This document shows, piece after piece, positions 37,218 to 49,258 of a stretch of 64,000 nucleotides of DNA (positions are counted from its first letter, which is position 1; each line of letters begins with the position of its first letter). The stretch lies in NCBI GenBank assembly GCA_030704615.1, contig CM060731.1, forward strand, positions 68,448,001-68,512,000. The letters run 5' to 3'. The translations under genes and the position numbers were made by a program. The notes beneath the pieces were generated by a model, which saw only the letters and a list, made by a program, of their open reading frames with translations, searched no databases and was not told where the DNA came from. Source of the DNA: Takakia lepidozioides (lineage: Eukaryota; Plantae; Bryophyta).

Positions 37218-38210
37218 CATGAACAGTGTCGGGGACACTTGGACCAATCCCTGCTATGCTGAAAGCTCGGCCTGATACTTAGGTTACAGGGAATGTTTTT
37301 GATTCAGCTGGCATCGACATCTACTTACATGTAGCACAGTGTTAATTCCTCCATTGCTGTTGTACCTGATCCCTGTCAAATGTGACATGGGGGTGGTGAC
37401 CGCTCTGACAGCTGCATTTTAGTGAGGCAAGAGGGATTCAGATGATGTACTCATTACATATCGCTTGCCATTGTGACCATAAATCAGCAGAGAGGGAGGG
37501 AGAGGTGCTGATTGCATCATTCACTCAATGTATTTATGGAGTGCATGTAACCAGCATTGCAGACAGGCATGTGAAGGAGAGGGAGAGAGCCTGAGAGAGA
37601 GGAGGGTCTGGGTGGTGGTGTAAGGTGACTCCTGTATGTGCCTGGGAAAGATGACAGCGACAGCCGGTGTGGTGGAATTGAGTGGTAACAGATGTGGTGC
37701 GATCAGGGGTGGGATGCCTCCTCTTTATTGCGGTCCTTCTCTCCTGGGCCCTTACCTTTTCCTTTGGTGGTGAGCACCTATTTGGGTCTGCTTGGAAGCA
37801 CATGACTGTCTACAATCCATTGAATACGAAATGGTACTGTCCTGGTCCTCCCTGCAAATGTATTCTTTCGTATGCGGTGGTTGCTCTTATTCTCTTGATA
37901 GGCCATAAGGTTGCAGATCATTTCTGTTTTGTTCTTTTTGAGCCCCTGTTACTACCCGCCTTGCAATCAGCAAGACTGTGTGTGGTTTCCTGAGAAACTG
38001 TGCCTGGTCATCAGCACATCGTACTCGTACCGTCAATGAAGTGGTCAGACTGCATTCAAATTGCAGAACCACGAGCTTCATGGATTGTTTTTTTCTGTAT
38101 TGGAAGTTCTGCTAGAAAGCCCTCCCTGGGCAGGTAATTGTAATTCCATGTGGGTGCATAGGGTTTGTAATTTTCTCAGCACTAGCATCCGGTCTTTGCA
38201 AGTGGCTGTA

Positions 38211-38312
38211 AAGATTTTGTCCACCTCCACAGCAAACGTGATCCCTTCATAAGATGCTCTATCCTTTTTAGGATGACGAGTACTGATGGTGCTTGAGGGA
38301 GTGGTGGATAGC
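38211..38312 (+). repeat. Dispersed duplicate of 42852-42953
   Basis: aagattttgtccacctccac...gagtggtggatagct is near-identical at both places. Confidence 0.9.
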
Positions 38313-40283
38313 TCGCTATCACCCACCATTTTTGGTTCCTGCCAGGGTGTGTAGGGCATAGCCATCCAGTCTTCCTGCAAATGCACTACTATAGTTTTCC
38401 CTCTATCGTCAGTCATGTTGTTTGCCCTCTATTGTTGACTTGCTGGAAGCCTACTGATACCATTTTCATTGCAAATGTGAGATAAGGAAGGTTTTATGAG
38501 TGGGTTGTATGCGTTACAACCATGTCATTTACAGAACCAGTGAAAACAAGGTAAGGAAGGGTGATGATGACATGACTGTTGGTACTGTGTCATCTCGGGC
38601 CTTCCAGTGAAAGCAGACTTCGCCAAGGCAGATCCCAACTAGCAGTTGTCACAGCCAGTAACGTTTACTACATCAAGCTACTACATCCAGCTGCGACGTA
38701 TTCCATGCATAAATTCATTCGACTTCTGGGAGCGCTGTCCAGTTGGGGCATGCTGGAGACTCTGAGGAGACACACCGAACGTGTGGAAACACTTGTATTG
38801 CAGAACAACACAAATGTGCTCATTTCGCCAGTATTCTGACATGGACCATAAACCCAATCTGACCACCAAAGGTTTTTGGTCATGGCCTTTTCAAGTCACA
38901 CTCACTGCACAAATTGGCACTGTAAGATTACTGAAGACCAAATGATGGATGGCATTGGTACATTACTCTGGGCCCGTGCCCAACTGCTTGAAAACATTGT
39001 GCAGACGTTGACCTCAAGTTCTTTGATGGGAAGAGAGTGGTCAGGTCTCATCACTCATGAAAAATGAAAATGGAGCAGTGAAAGGTAGAGTCAGACAAGA
39101 CCAGTACCCACACGCCCAGATAACAGATTTCTCATATGGCGTGTTGAAAATTGGAGTAGAATCCAGGTTAACAACTTAGCAAAAACCAGTGCACAGCGTT
39201 TCTGGTGTTGCATCACTATTTACATCAGTTGGATGCAAGACACACTCTACTGCTGCAATACCTGCACTGTCTGACTAAACTTCGTTTGAATTCTCTTTGA
39301 ATTCAGCAGATTTGTAGTGTCAGTACTGAAAAGAGATTTGAGGGACCAAGAAATCTCGTTCCACTACTTTTGGAGAGCACATGAGACTCAACAAATTAGT
39401 GTCAACCATTTGACCACATCACCCTGCCCTCTTACGTACTGTTGCAATCTTTCATCCTTCCTGCTTCCAAATTCAAATTCAGAACATACCAGATTTTTGA
39501 GAAGCCAATATTGGGATTGGACCATGCATCTACGTCAGTACATGATAAGAACTCTTTGTTCAAAAAGATAATGAATAGTCAGTAGCTCTTTCTGCACCCT
39601 GTGCCTTCTCCTCTCTGGACTCCAATCCGGTGTTTTTCTCCCCGAATGGTTTGATGGATTCTAAGTCCTAAGGAATCCTTCAGCCTAGAGCACTTTTTCT
39701 TAAAGCCAAAAGCTTCCATGTTCGCCCCTCAAGCTTCGCCCCTCAAGCACTGGTGAGATGATTCGAAAAAGGGCAAGGGAGAAGAAGGCAGAGAAAGTAG
39801 ATCGGAGCGCGGAATTGAGAAGGGTGGCTACAGGAGTCTAGAGATTCAAATTATTTTACAAGTGTTTTGGATGTGAAGTGGAATGTTCACACATTCACTG
39901 ATTCAGTCATGTCCGAAAGCGTCTACACAGTGCGCGGACACGTCATTAGACCAAATTTGGTTTGATAGCACAAATGAGGAAAAGCAGGTTGTGGACATGT
40001 ATGTATGAAAAAGGAGGTACAAGCAAATTAAGCAAAAGGTATGCGAAAAAGTAGATGAGCATAAAAATAGGAAAACAGATATCGGAAAACAGACAAGTAT
40101 GACTTGTAAACGGGGGCTCATCTCATTCCGCCTGTCTCGCACCTCTCTCTCTGCACGCTCTCGTTTAGCGCTGCAGCTGTGTTCGTTGATTCACTCACTC
40201 GCACTGCAGTCTGTGTGTGTGTGTTCTATAGTTTACTGGGTTGGGCGGTGTGCGCCAGGAACAAGATTGTGCACATCTGCATC

Positions 40284-41522
40284 ATGTGGAAACAAGAGTA
40301 TTTGCGCGATTTGACTTGGTTGTGGGAAGCAGCTCCAGAGGCTAACGTGGGCAATCTGCCAAAAAGCGGCATGACCAAGGAGCGTGATGCAGCTATGGGT
40401 AGGAAGCGTCCTCTCTTGTCTGAAGAAGTCTCCAAATCTTGTAACACTGCGATCAAAGGGGGAGACAGTAAGAGGGTTAAGCTCACGCCACCAGTCCAAC
40501 GTCCTTCGTTTCAAGCAAGAGTGGAGCAGTTGAGACGTTCTCGTGATTACGCTTTTTTGGCTTTTCTGGATTCGGAGTCTGGAGTGGGATGCAACCCGAG
40601 ACAGGTGCCTTCCACAGAGAGTACTCAAGCTGGCACTGGTTACACGACAAATCTGGTGAAAGAAGCCGGTGGATGCTGCAAGGTGAAAGAGTTGGACGTT
40701 GGTGCAGTAGGACCTTGTACTTCAAAGAAAACGAAAGAAGCCGGTGGATGCAAGGTGAAAGAGGTAGTTGATGCAGCAAGTAGCAGTTCAAAGGTGACAG
40801 AAGCGGGTGGATGCTGCAAGGTGAAAGAATTGGTTCGTGCAGCAGGTTGCAGTTCAAAGAAGGTGACAGAAGCCGGTGGATGCTGCAAGGTGATCAAAAC
40901 ATTGGTTGGTGCAGCAGGTTGCAGTTCAAAGAAGGTGACAGAAGCCGGTGGATGCTGCAAGGTGAAACAATTGGTTGGTGCAGCAGGTTGCAGTTCAAAG
41001 AAGGTGACAGAAGCCGGTGGATCCTGCAAGGTGAAGAAATTGGTTGGTGCAGCAGGTTGCAGTTCAAAGAAGGTGACAGAAGCCGGTGGATGCTGCAAGG
41101 TGATCAAAACATTGGTTGGTGCAGCAGGTTGCAGTTCAAAGAAGGTGACAGAAGCCGGTGGATGCTGCAAGGTGAAACAATTGGTTGGTGCAGCAGGTTG
41201 CAGTTCAAAGAAGGTGACAGAAGCCGGTGGATCCTGCAAGGTGAAGAAATTGGTTGGTGCAGCAGGTTGCAGTTCAAAGAAGGTGACAGAAGCCGGTGGA
41301 TGCTGCAAGGTGAAAGAATTGGTTGGTGTAGCAGGTTGCACTTCAACGAACGTTATAGAAGCCGGTGGATGCAAGGTGACAGAATTAGCTGGTGCAGTAG
41401 GTTGTATTCCAGAGAAGGTGACAGAAGCAAACAAGTGCTCTTTGAGGCTTGTGATTAATACCAAGACTGCAGGTATCCGAAGACTGAGTGTTGAAGAGTG
41501 GAACAATCGCCACAGTTCCTAA
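40284..41522 (+). CDS. Intronless ORF (412 aa from first ATG) with 11-12 Cys/Lys/Gly-rich 23-24 aa repeats; function unknown
   Basis: Open frame; repeat VTEAGGCCKVKxLVGAAGCSSKK; N-terminal RVEQLRRSRDYAFL motif; CT-rich leader upstream. Expression is not demonstrated. Confidence 0.5.
   Translation: MWKQEYLRDLTWLWEAAPEANVGNLPKSGMTKERDAAMGRKRPLLSEEVSKSCNTAIKGGDSKRVKLTPPVQRPSFQARVEQLRRSRDYAFLAFLDSESGVGCNPRQVPSTESTQAGTGYTTNLVKEAGGCCKVKELDVGAVGPCTSKKTKEAGGCKVKEVVDAASSSSKVTEAGGCCKVKELVRAAGCSSKKVTEAGGCCKVIKTLVGAAGCSSKKVTEAGGCCKVKQLVGAAGCSSKKVTEAGGSCKVKKLVGAAGCSSKKVTEAGGCCKVIKTLVGAAGCSSKKVTEAGGCCKVKQLVGAAGCSSKKVTEAGGSCKVKKLVGAAGCSSKKVTEAGGCCKVKELVGVAGCTSTNVIEAGGCKVTELAGAVGCIPEKVTEANKCSLRLVINTKTAGIRRLSVEEWNNRHSS
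40660..41430. repeat. Minisatellite with 69/72-bp units and a 210-bp higher-order duplication
   Basis: 40861-41070 is repeated at 41071-41280 (72+69+69 bp). Confidence 0.95.
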
Positions 41523-43477
41523 AGCCGCCTACATGCACTAGCTTGGCGCAGTGCCATCGTTAGTTGCTCCCTTCAGCAGCTCCTGATCAATGTTTTAAGT
41601 TGCCTCACTGCATCTTTGCACTTCTTTAATGAAGATGCCTAACTAGTAATTTGGTTGTTCTTCCTATTTCTATCTTCTCTCTATCTTCCAGATGCTAGAA
41701 CTTTGTCATGACTGCAGTAGAATGTGGCACTAGTGTTATCTATTTGTCAGGACTTCCACATGTATACCTTGTGCGGGCAGCATATGCCAGCTGAAATGAA
41801 CAGGACAGAGTTGTAATTTTACTCAATGTTGACAGACTATAAATTCTATTTTCACTTTCAAGTCTACAGGTTTGCGTGATAAGACAAGTTCATTCATGAG
41901 TGGTTGTAAATATAGTCTGTAATTTAATATATTGGGCCTCGATGAGGTAGTGTGTTGATACATTACGTGTTGTTTCAGATCCACGGTTTCAAATTAATGC
42001 AAATGTGTGTTAGTTTCAAATATACCGGGCCTCAATGATTTGAAGTTTCTGCCCATTGTTTTGGAGGATCAATTAGACTTAGTTTGCAGCGTGGGTGGCA
42101 TGTGTATTCTCACTTCTAAATTCTTACTGATCTTGCACCCACATGTCAAGAACATTCCACAAAGCTTTAAACTCGTCCTTGAGATTATTGCAAATAGGGC
42201 ATGAGCTCAAATTTAAAATTCACTTGCAACATTTGAATGACATATTTTTCGTTTACACATCATAAGAGCTTAGTCCTGAGATGATTTGAATGAAACACCC
42301 GGGGCAGAGGAGAAGTAAGCAATTTGGAGGCCAGATGAAACCGAACTGAAAAGGGTAGCTACAGGAGTCTACACACCAAGAATAAAAAAGAAGGTAGAAG
42401 CAGATTAGGGAAAACATGTGTGAAAAATAGGTGAACAGATTTGGAAAACTTAGATCTATGCATGAAGAAGTAGATGTATGACTTGCAAACGATAATAGGT
42501 AGGCCTGATCTCATTTCTCTCAGAATCCCTTCAAACAACTTTCAACTGAGGTTCGGCAGAGCACTGAATTTATTCTCATTTTATGGTATATTCCTTCAGC
42601 AGCCCGGTCTATCCAGATATCCCCAGTTCATGTGAAAGTTTAGTGAAGACTAATTGCACAAGACATCCATGTATGGATCCAAAGGCACTGTTTGCAGCCC
42701 AAGTGATCCCCAGTTGATTTTAAGACAAAGGAGGCATGCTGCAACAAACGAAATTACACTTCGTTTGTGGGGACAACACTCCAGTGTCTTATATGAAATA
42801 GTAAGCAAAACCAGTTGTCAGTAGCAGGGGTTTTAGGATTATTTGATCCGGAAGATTTTGTCCACCTCCACCGCAAACATGATCCCTCCATAAGATGCTC
42901 TATCCTTTTAAGGATGACGAGTACTTATGGTGCTTGAGGGAGTGGTGGATAGCTGATTAATCCAGCCATGTGACTTGGATTGGACTGCGCCAGTGCTTAT
43001 GTGATTATGGAGATAAAAACATCAAGCATTTTTCTATGAGGGGGGGAGAGCCTGTGTCTGGGCGGCAGAGCTTGTGATATTCCTCTTTCTGAACTCCAAA
43101 AGCTGGACCAAGAGGTAGGCTTCTGAACAGTTTGTTGTTATGGTGGGGGGACTTGGTGGAGGCTGTCCAGTTCCAGTCTGATCATATTGCATGAAAATAC
43201 ATGCCAAGTCAACCAGTTGTGGGATTTTCCTACAGCAAGAGTGATGGAACTTCGATCCATCCAATCCCATGCTGTTAAAATCATGTGTTAAAGGTCAAAG
43301 AGAGTAACCCAATCCATGGATGAAGTCAATTGGCGAAGGAACTGTATCAATATGGGTCTTTGACATTTAATCGGCATCCAACCTTATCCTTCATCAAGCA
43401 GTGTTCAAACCACAACCATCCACAAGGAATTTCAAAATTATGAGACATCATTGGTCCAGTGAAGATAGGTGTGGCCC

Positions 43478-43812
43478 CATTACCTAGCTGCAGCTCTATC
43501 CCCCTCCCTGCTAAGGGCATTGGGGATTGGGCATTGGAGGTTCAGGGTGGACTCCCCGTCTGTGGATAGAGATTGGTAGGTGGGACAACCTGCAATGCAA
43601 GGACCGACTATGCCCAGTTTGTGCTGGGAACAACAATGAATCAAAGGATGTTTTTTGCTGCCCTTTCTACTATGAGATCCATGGGCAATTCAAGTGGGGC
43701 TATTCGGCGATACCCAATCTCTCACAGATGTCTTCCATGACAAGGATCAGTAAGTGCTTGGCATCATACTTGCATGAGGTATGCTGACTCTTAGCCAATC
43801 CCTTGAACAATA
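43478..43812 (+). mobile_element. Decayed 3' fragment of the LINE family at 44.3-48.9 kb
   Basis: LWIEIGRWDNLQCKDRLCPVC...FCCPFYYEI...KCLASYLHE parallels 48520-48834. Confidence 0.85.
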
Positions 43813-43879
43813 GTTGCAACCATATTTTGGTCTCAGTTTCCCAAGGCACCTTGCGACAACATTGAAAAGGTGTCTGTTC

Positions 43880-44030
43880 TTTAACATGCAAGTGAAAAGA
43901 CTCTTAGGGCAAGTTCTAATCTTCTGCCTTCTCCTTCCACCATCGATTGGTTGAAAACTCCTAAAATAAGACTCCACCACCCATATGAAAGATAAGAGAT
44001 ATTGCATGACTTACACCATGTCTGAGGGCT
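43880..44030 (-). mobile_element. Short L1-like ORF2 remnant
   Basis: MQYLLS...VVESYFRSF resembles the post-RT region of plant L1s; weak. Confidence 0.3.
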
Positions 44031-44261
44031 AGCAACACTGGCTCAGCCTCGATGCTGATGCCCGGAACAAACTGGAGAATTTGGAGTCGAAGTTGTCAAG
44101 CAAATCCCTGGGTGGGCCTTCTTCAACCTGTGCGATTCATTGCACCACAAGAATTTGGGCTCATTGGCTCTAGACAAACGGTCAGTGTCTTGATTCACAT
44201 ATATGTGGTCGTTAGAAAGTGGAACTGCACGTGTACGTCCAACAAGTTGAATCGTCATTTC

Positions 44262-47200
44262 TTTCCCTCTCTCTCTCTCGTTTCTCTCTCGCGCGCGGCA
44301 GCACTTAGGCGCTCGCGCGCACGGGCGTTGGCGCGCTAGCGCCATCTCCACCACACCATGACGTCCAAACGCCAAAGGACGGCTGCCGACGAGGTAGACT
44401 ACCCATCTCCCTCACGTCGACCTGATTTCCCTATGCTTCTTCTTCCTTCCTCTTCTCTCATCAAGCCTTTCCTTTGCGTCAGTACTCCACAAGGAGTGTT
44501 GATGTTCAAACGCTTCGGGACCAAATCTCCATCTTACAAACGAAATGCATCTCGGAGGAGACTCTGCACCAAGTGCTCGCTGCCCGTGACAATGACTCGG
44601 AGGAGCGGTTGGCTTCCCTAGACAAAGACTGGGAGACGCGGATGGCTTCCCTTAACAAAAATTGGGAAAAGCGCATGGATTCCTTGGACAAAGATTGGCA
44701 GAAGCGCATGACAGACAGATACACAGACTTGGAGAACAATATGCGAGTTCAGGATAGCGTTTTGCGGGCCTCTCTTCAGGAGTGCACTAGCAAACTTCAA
44801 GGTCTGGCAAACCATCTCAATGACAAATCCACACATACGCGTCTTTCAAAACTTGAAGGCGAAGTGAAGACCTTCACAGAGAAGAGCCTCCCAGATCCCC
44901 TCACAGCAAGCATCCACCTGCAGGTGGAATCCCTTAGCAAAGAGCTGGAAACACACAGAACTGCGACGTCTACAATGGCTCGGGAGCTCCAAGCTCACAA
45001 GGCAGAGGCCTCATCCTGGGCTAATATAGTTAAGGGGAGCACATCCAACAACAGTCCTCACTCTCTGGAGGAGACAGTCTCGGCTACCTTGCGAGAGGAA
45101 CAGCAACGGGCTTTCAAAGCCCTTAATATCAGGGTCACTGGGAAGCTAGGGGGCCTTGTTAAGGGGGACCCCGGTCCACCGCTCTGCCATTTTGCAGCTT
45201 CTTGATCAATTGCCTTACTGACATTGGCTGTAGTAAAGAGAGAGAAGTGAAGGGGTTTAGAGGTTATAGGAGAAGGAGTTTGGGTTGGGGAATGGTACAA
45301 AGACTGTGCATACTCATGCCAGACATGAATGTCAGTGATTGGGGGGGATCTCTATGAGGTTTAAGGAGGGACCAAAAAGATCGAGGAGAAAATCTGATTT
45401 TAGCAAGGAAAGAAGATTGCAACTTGATAGTGTAGGCTTGCTTTTTGGATCTAATGAGGGACTTATAGAGCTTAAGAGCAAGATTAGTGGACTCTGGAGA
45501 AGAATTGGTATCAAGTAGTAAAGATTTGATGCGACGTCTAGCAGTCTTGCATTCCTCATCATAAAATGGTGCGTAACGACGGGTGGAGAAGGGTGAGGAG
45601 GTAGATGGAAGGGTGATGGGAAAGGATCGCAAGGCTGAGTCCCAAAGGGCTTGAGTAAGATGTGTAGTCTTGTCGTTAGAAGATGATAGATGTAGAATGG
45701 AAGAGAGGGTTCACGCTAGGTATGTTTCATACTCGGCGTCGTGTAAGTGAGAGAAATGGGTATTAAAGTGGATACGTGGGTGTAAGGTAAGAGACGCAGA
45801 GGGGATCCTCATGGGGAGGGAGATGGAAGGAAATGCAAAGGAAAGGCAAGAGTGATCAGAATCCGGGTACCTCGTGATGTAAAAGGAGCTTATTCTATCA
45901 GGCTTGTTGGGGCTCCCCAAGAGATAGTCAACCACGCTTTGGCCCTTGTACGTGTGGCAAATGAACTGGCTGGAGGATTTGAAGTTGGTTGTTCCATTGT
46001 AAATGGACAACCCCTGAGTTTCACAAAACTTGAGTAGATGGTGACCGTAACTTATGATTTCGCAAGAGGAATCTGCACTTTGCCTCTCCAATTCCGTATG
46101 CGAGCGTTGGATGTGTAGAGGATCTGTGTGGTCGAAGGTGGGGGCCTGTAGTGATCCTGTACGGGCGTTGAAATCTCCAACCAAGAAAATGTCCGTTTGT
46201 GGGGTACGGAGACGGGCCATATCGTCTTCCAATGGAACATATGGTGAATCTGTTCGAATATGTAGGCCACTGTGCGGAGATGCGGCCGGAGCAAAATAAC
46301 ATCCCGCCAGCAGGATGTTGTAGCCTTTGATGTGACACCAAATGTACCTTGCCAGTGGGTCTTTGTATGGGAAGGAGATAAGTGGGAGAAGCCAGTCAGC
46401 AAAGTAATAAGCCACACCTCCAGATCTTTTGAGACCTGTACGTAGACGAATCACTGACTGAAAGCTATATCCGAGAATAAAAGGGGGGTCATTTCCTCCA
46501 TACGCATGAGTTTCCAAAAGAAAAAGAACATCACACTTGGAAAGAATATCTAGAAGCCCTTGAGGGTGGCTCCACAACGAGCCATTACAGTTCCATGAGC
46601 CAATGTGTAGATGTGAGCGTGCATTGGTCTCATGGTGCCCCAACCCCTATTTAGAACTAGAGGGGCGACGTTCGTGCTCCCGGACAATTACCCTCCCATC
46701 TCGGTACACGGCATAGTGCCCTTGAGCTCGAGCTTGCTTAACCTGCAAGAGTTGCGCCCGCATGGCGTTGTATTGCAAAGGGGTCAAGTCATCGTTGAGG
46801 TACATACCCTGACCTCTCAATTGAGGCCTCTGCCTGAGGACTCTATCCCGAGCACCCTTGTCTAATGAAGAGGACTTTGTGCTCTGAAGATCCTGCACGC
46901 CAAGCCCTTTCAATGCCACTCGCGCCCCGTGGGAGAGCAAGGTTTTGCTGAATAAGGCTGGTGGAAGCGTCATTCATCAAGCATGTTGCACCTACTTTAG
47001 CCCCTTTTATAGCTAACCTCTTCAATGAGGTGGTGCAACAGGGCTTTCCAACAGAGTGGACAAAGAGCATCATCCACCCACTTTTTAAGAGCGGTGACAG
47101 GCTCGCACCGACAAACTATCGTACTATCATGGTGTCCTCATTACTTGCTAAACTGTTTGGGGCAGTAGTGGCCATGGAACTGGATGATTGGGCTGAGTAC

Positions 47201-48942
47201 TCTCGCATTCGTGCTGAGGGACAGGCTGGTTTCCATCGAAACCAATCTACTATTGACCACATCTTCACTCTTCAAGTTATGGTGGAAAGTGCACGCTATG
47301 ACAAAAGAATGGTCTATGTTTGCTTCGTGGACTTTCACAAAGCCTTTGATTCAGTTCCTCGGGACCTTCTCTTCCAATGACTCCATAGAGTGGAAGTCCC
47401 TCCAGACATCCTTTGTGCCATCTCTTCTATGTATGAGATTGTCACTGGCATGGTCAACGTCGCTGGTGAATTCTCAGCCGAGATCCACAGCAACATTGGA
47501 GTCAAACACCTACCCTGTTTGGGATCTACATTGACGCCTTGGAGAATTACATATCAAAAAACCATGGGGTTGGGGTCCCATTGGATGGGGGACCAACCCA
47601 ATCAGATCTCCTCTATGCTGATGATGTTGCCCTTTTGGCACAATCCCCAGTCTTTCTGCAACGCCATCTCAAAATTTTGGAACAGTTCTGCAAAGACTAT
47701 GGGATGCAGGGCAATCTTAGCAAGACCAAGATGATGGTCTTCAATGGCCAGGCTGATCGTAGATTCATTTTCAACCAACAGGAAATTGAGATTGTGAAAT
47801 CATACCGGTACCTAGGTCTGGTTATCCACTCCCCCAAGTTTCACTTTGCAGCCACTGCCTTGGACAGGTTGACTAAAGGTAAGGCGGCCTCCGTCCGCCT
47901 TCAGGCCAAATGCAAGCAAATACATCTGCGGCATCCCCCGACCAAAAAGTGGCTGTTTGACACCGTCGTCAGCCCTGCTACCATCTATGGTTGTGAGTTC
48001 TGGGCACCTGGTGTCCCTGTCTCCTGGTGGGAAAAGAATTTGGAACCATTACAGTCATCTTTTCTCCAAGCAATGCTTGGCGCCAGGAGCACAACTCCAT
48101 CTCAGATCCTAGGTGCAGAGTTCGCATGTGTACCATTGCAATCCGAGGCCCTCTTCAGGCTTACAATCTTTCTCCATAGATTGCAGGCCCTTCCACCCAA
48201 AGGGCTAGTGGCAAGGGCCCTCACAACATCTATGAGGCTCAAAGCTGCAGGTTTCAGGAACTCCTGGTATGCTCGAGTGGACAGTTTATTTCAACGTAAC
48301 GGACTTTCTACTGCTTTCCTATTACCAATGAACCCAGATGAGGTGGACATCACATCCAGACATGACCGCAACAGACTCATTCGGAGAGAGCTTATGGAAT
48401 TACATGTCAAGAGAACTTGGATGCTACCCAATCTCACGACAAAGCTCCACTTCTATCGAGAGACATTCCTGGTGCTCCGCGATGATAGAATATTGAGACC
48501 AAATTACCTTTCAGCACCCTTATCTCCTTCCCTCTTGAGGGCATTGGGGCGGTTCAGGGTGGGTTCCCACAACCTACGGATAGAGACTGGTAGATGTGAA
48601 AACCTGCAACGGGAGGACCACCTATGTCCAGCTTGCATAGGGCGCAGCAAGGAAATTGAAACTGAAGAACACTGCTTCTTCTACTGCCCTCTATACTACG
48701 AGATCCGTGGGAGATTTCACTGTTTATTCAGTGGAACCCAAACTCTCACTGATGTCTTTCACTATGAGGATCAAAAATGCGTGGCAGCCTACTTACACGA
48801 GGCCTTCACCCTTACACAATCGCTAGAACATTAATTGTGGTTTCTGGATTTGTTCCTCTCTCATGTTTTCTTCCATTTTGTCCCATAAGCTCTACGAGCT
48901 TTCCGCGGACGTTATAAAGCACCATTTCATTTCATTTCATTT
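44262..48942 (+). mobile_element. Near full-length, inactivated non-LTR retrotransposon (RTEX-like: ORF1 + APE-RT-zinc finger ORF2, (CATTT)n tail) with internal inversions at 45141-46968
   Basis: Coiled-coil ORF1 from 44358. ORF1 C-terminus (YLNDDLT) and APE (IGSWN, LLETH, GDFNARTG, SVVDY, SDH) lie on the minus strand. RT (NYRTI, QAGF, FVDFHKAFDSV, LYADD) and LRIETGR..CPAC..ETEEHCFFYCPLY lie on the plus strand. Stop at 47378 and loss of the QGCP motif; tail catttcatttcatttcatttc. Confidence 0.9.
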
Positions 48943-49090
48943 CTATTGTGGTTTTGTCGACAATGACATGTTGATTGATCAAGTGTACGATCAAGTGTTG
49001 ATATCATTGAACATATGCTTACGTACGCTTACCTTTCTATCATCATGACAATTGTTGCTTGCAAATAATCAGAAGACAAATGTTTTGCAG

Positions 49091-49258
49091 ATACTTTGCT
49101 TGGATGAGTGCACAGCAAATGTGGACCCACAGACAACAGCAATGCTGAAAGAGACAGTTTCAAAAGAATTCTTCAACATGACAGTCATCACCATTGCCCA
49201 CAGAGTATCCACCATTATCGATCGCCAACGTGTACTGATCATGGAGAATGGAAAATTG
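49091..49258 (+). pseudogene. Orphan exon of an ABCC (MRP) transporter NBD2, ABCC13-like
   Basis: cag|ILCLDECTANVDPQT...MTVITIAHRVSTII...LIMENGKL|gt contains Walker B, D-loop and H-loop. No other ABC exons were recognised in the window. Confidence 0.8.

Noticed and set aside
37250-39700. Possible spliced gene on the minus strand
   Set aside because: Some exon-like stretches exist, but no consistent frame or recognisable protein could be assembled.
40640-41506. Antisense 288-aa and alternate-frame 215-aa ORFs over the minisatellite
   Set aside because: They are open because the repeat unit lacks stops in those frames, and they have almost no unique sequence outside the repeat.
45142-46968. 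Single simple inversion or two independent LINE insertions
   Set aside because: The domains are complementary parts of one element. Reversing the whole block as one piece puts ORF1-like sequence with a stop in front of RT and joins ORF1 in the less plausible frame.
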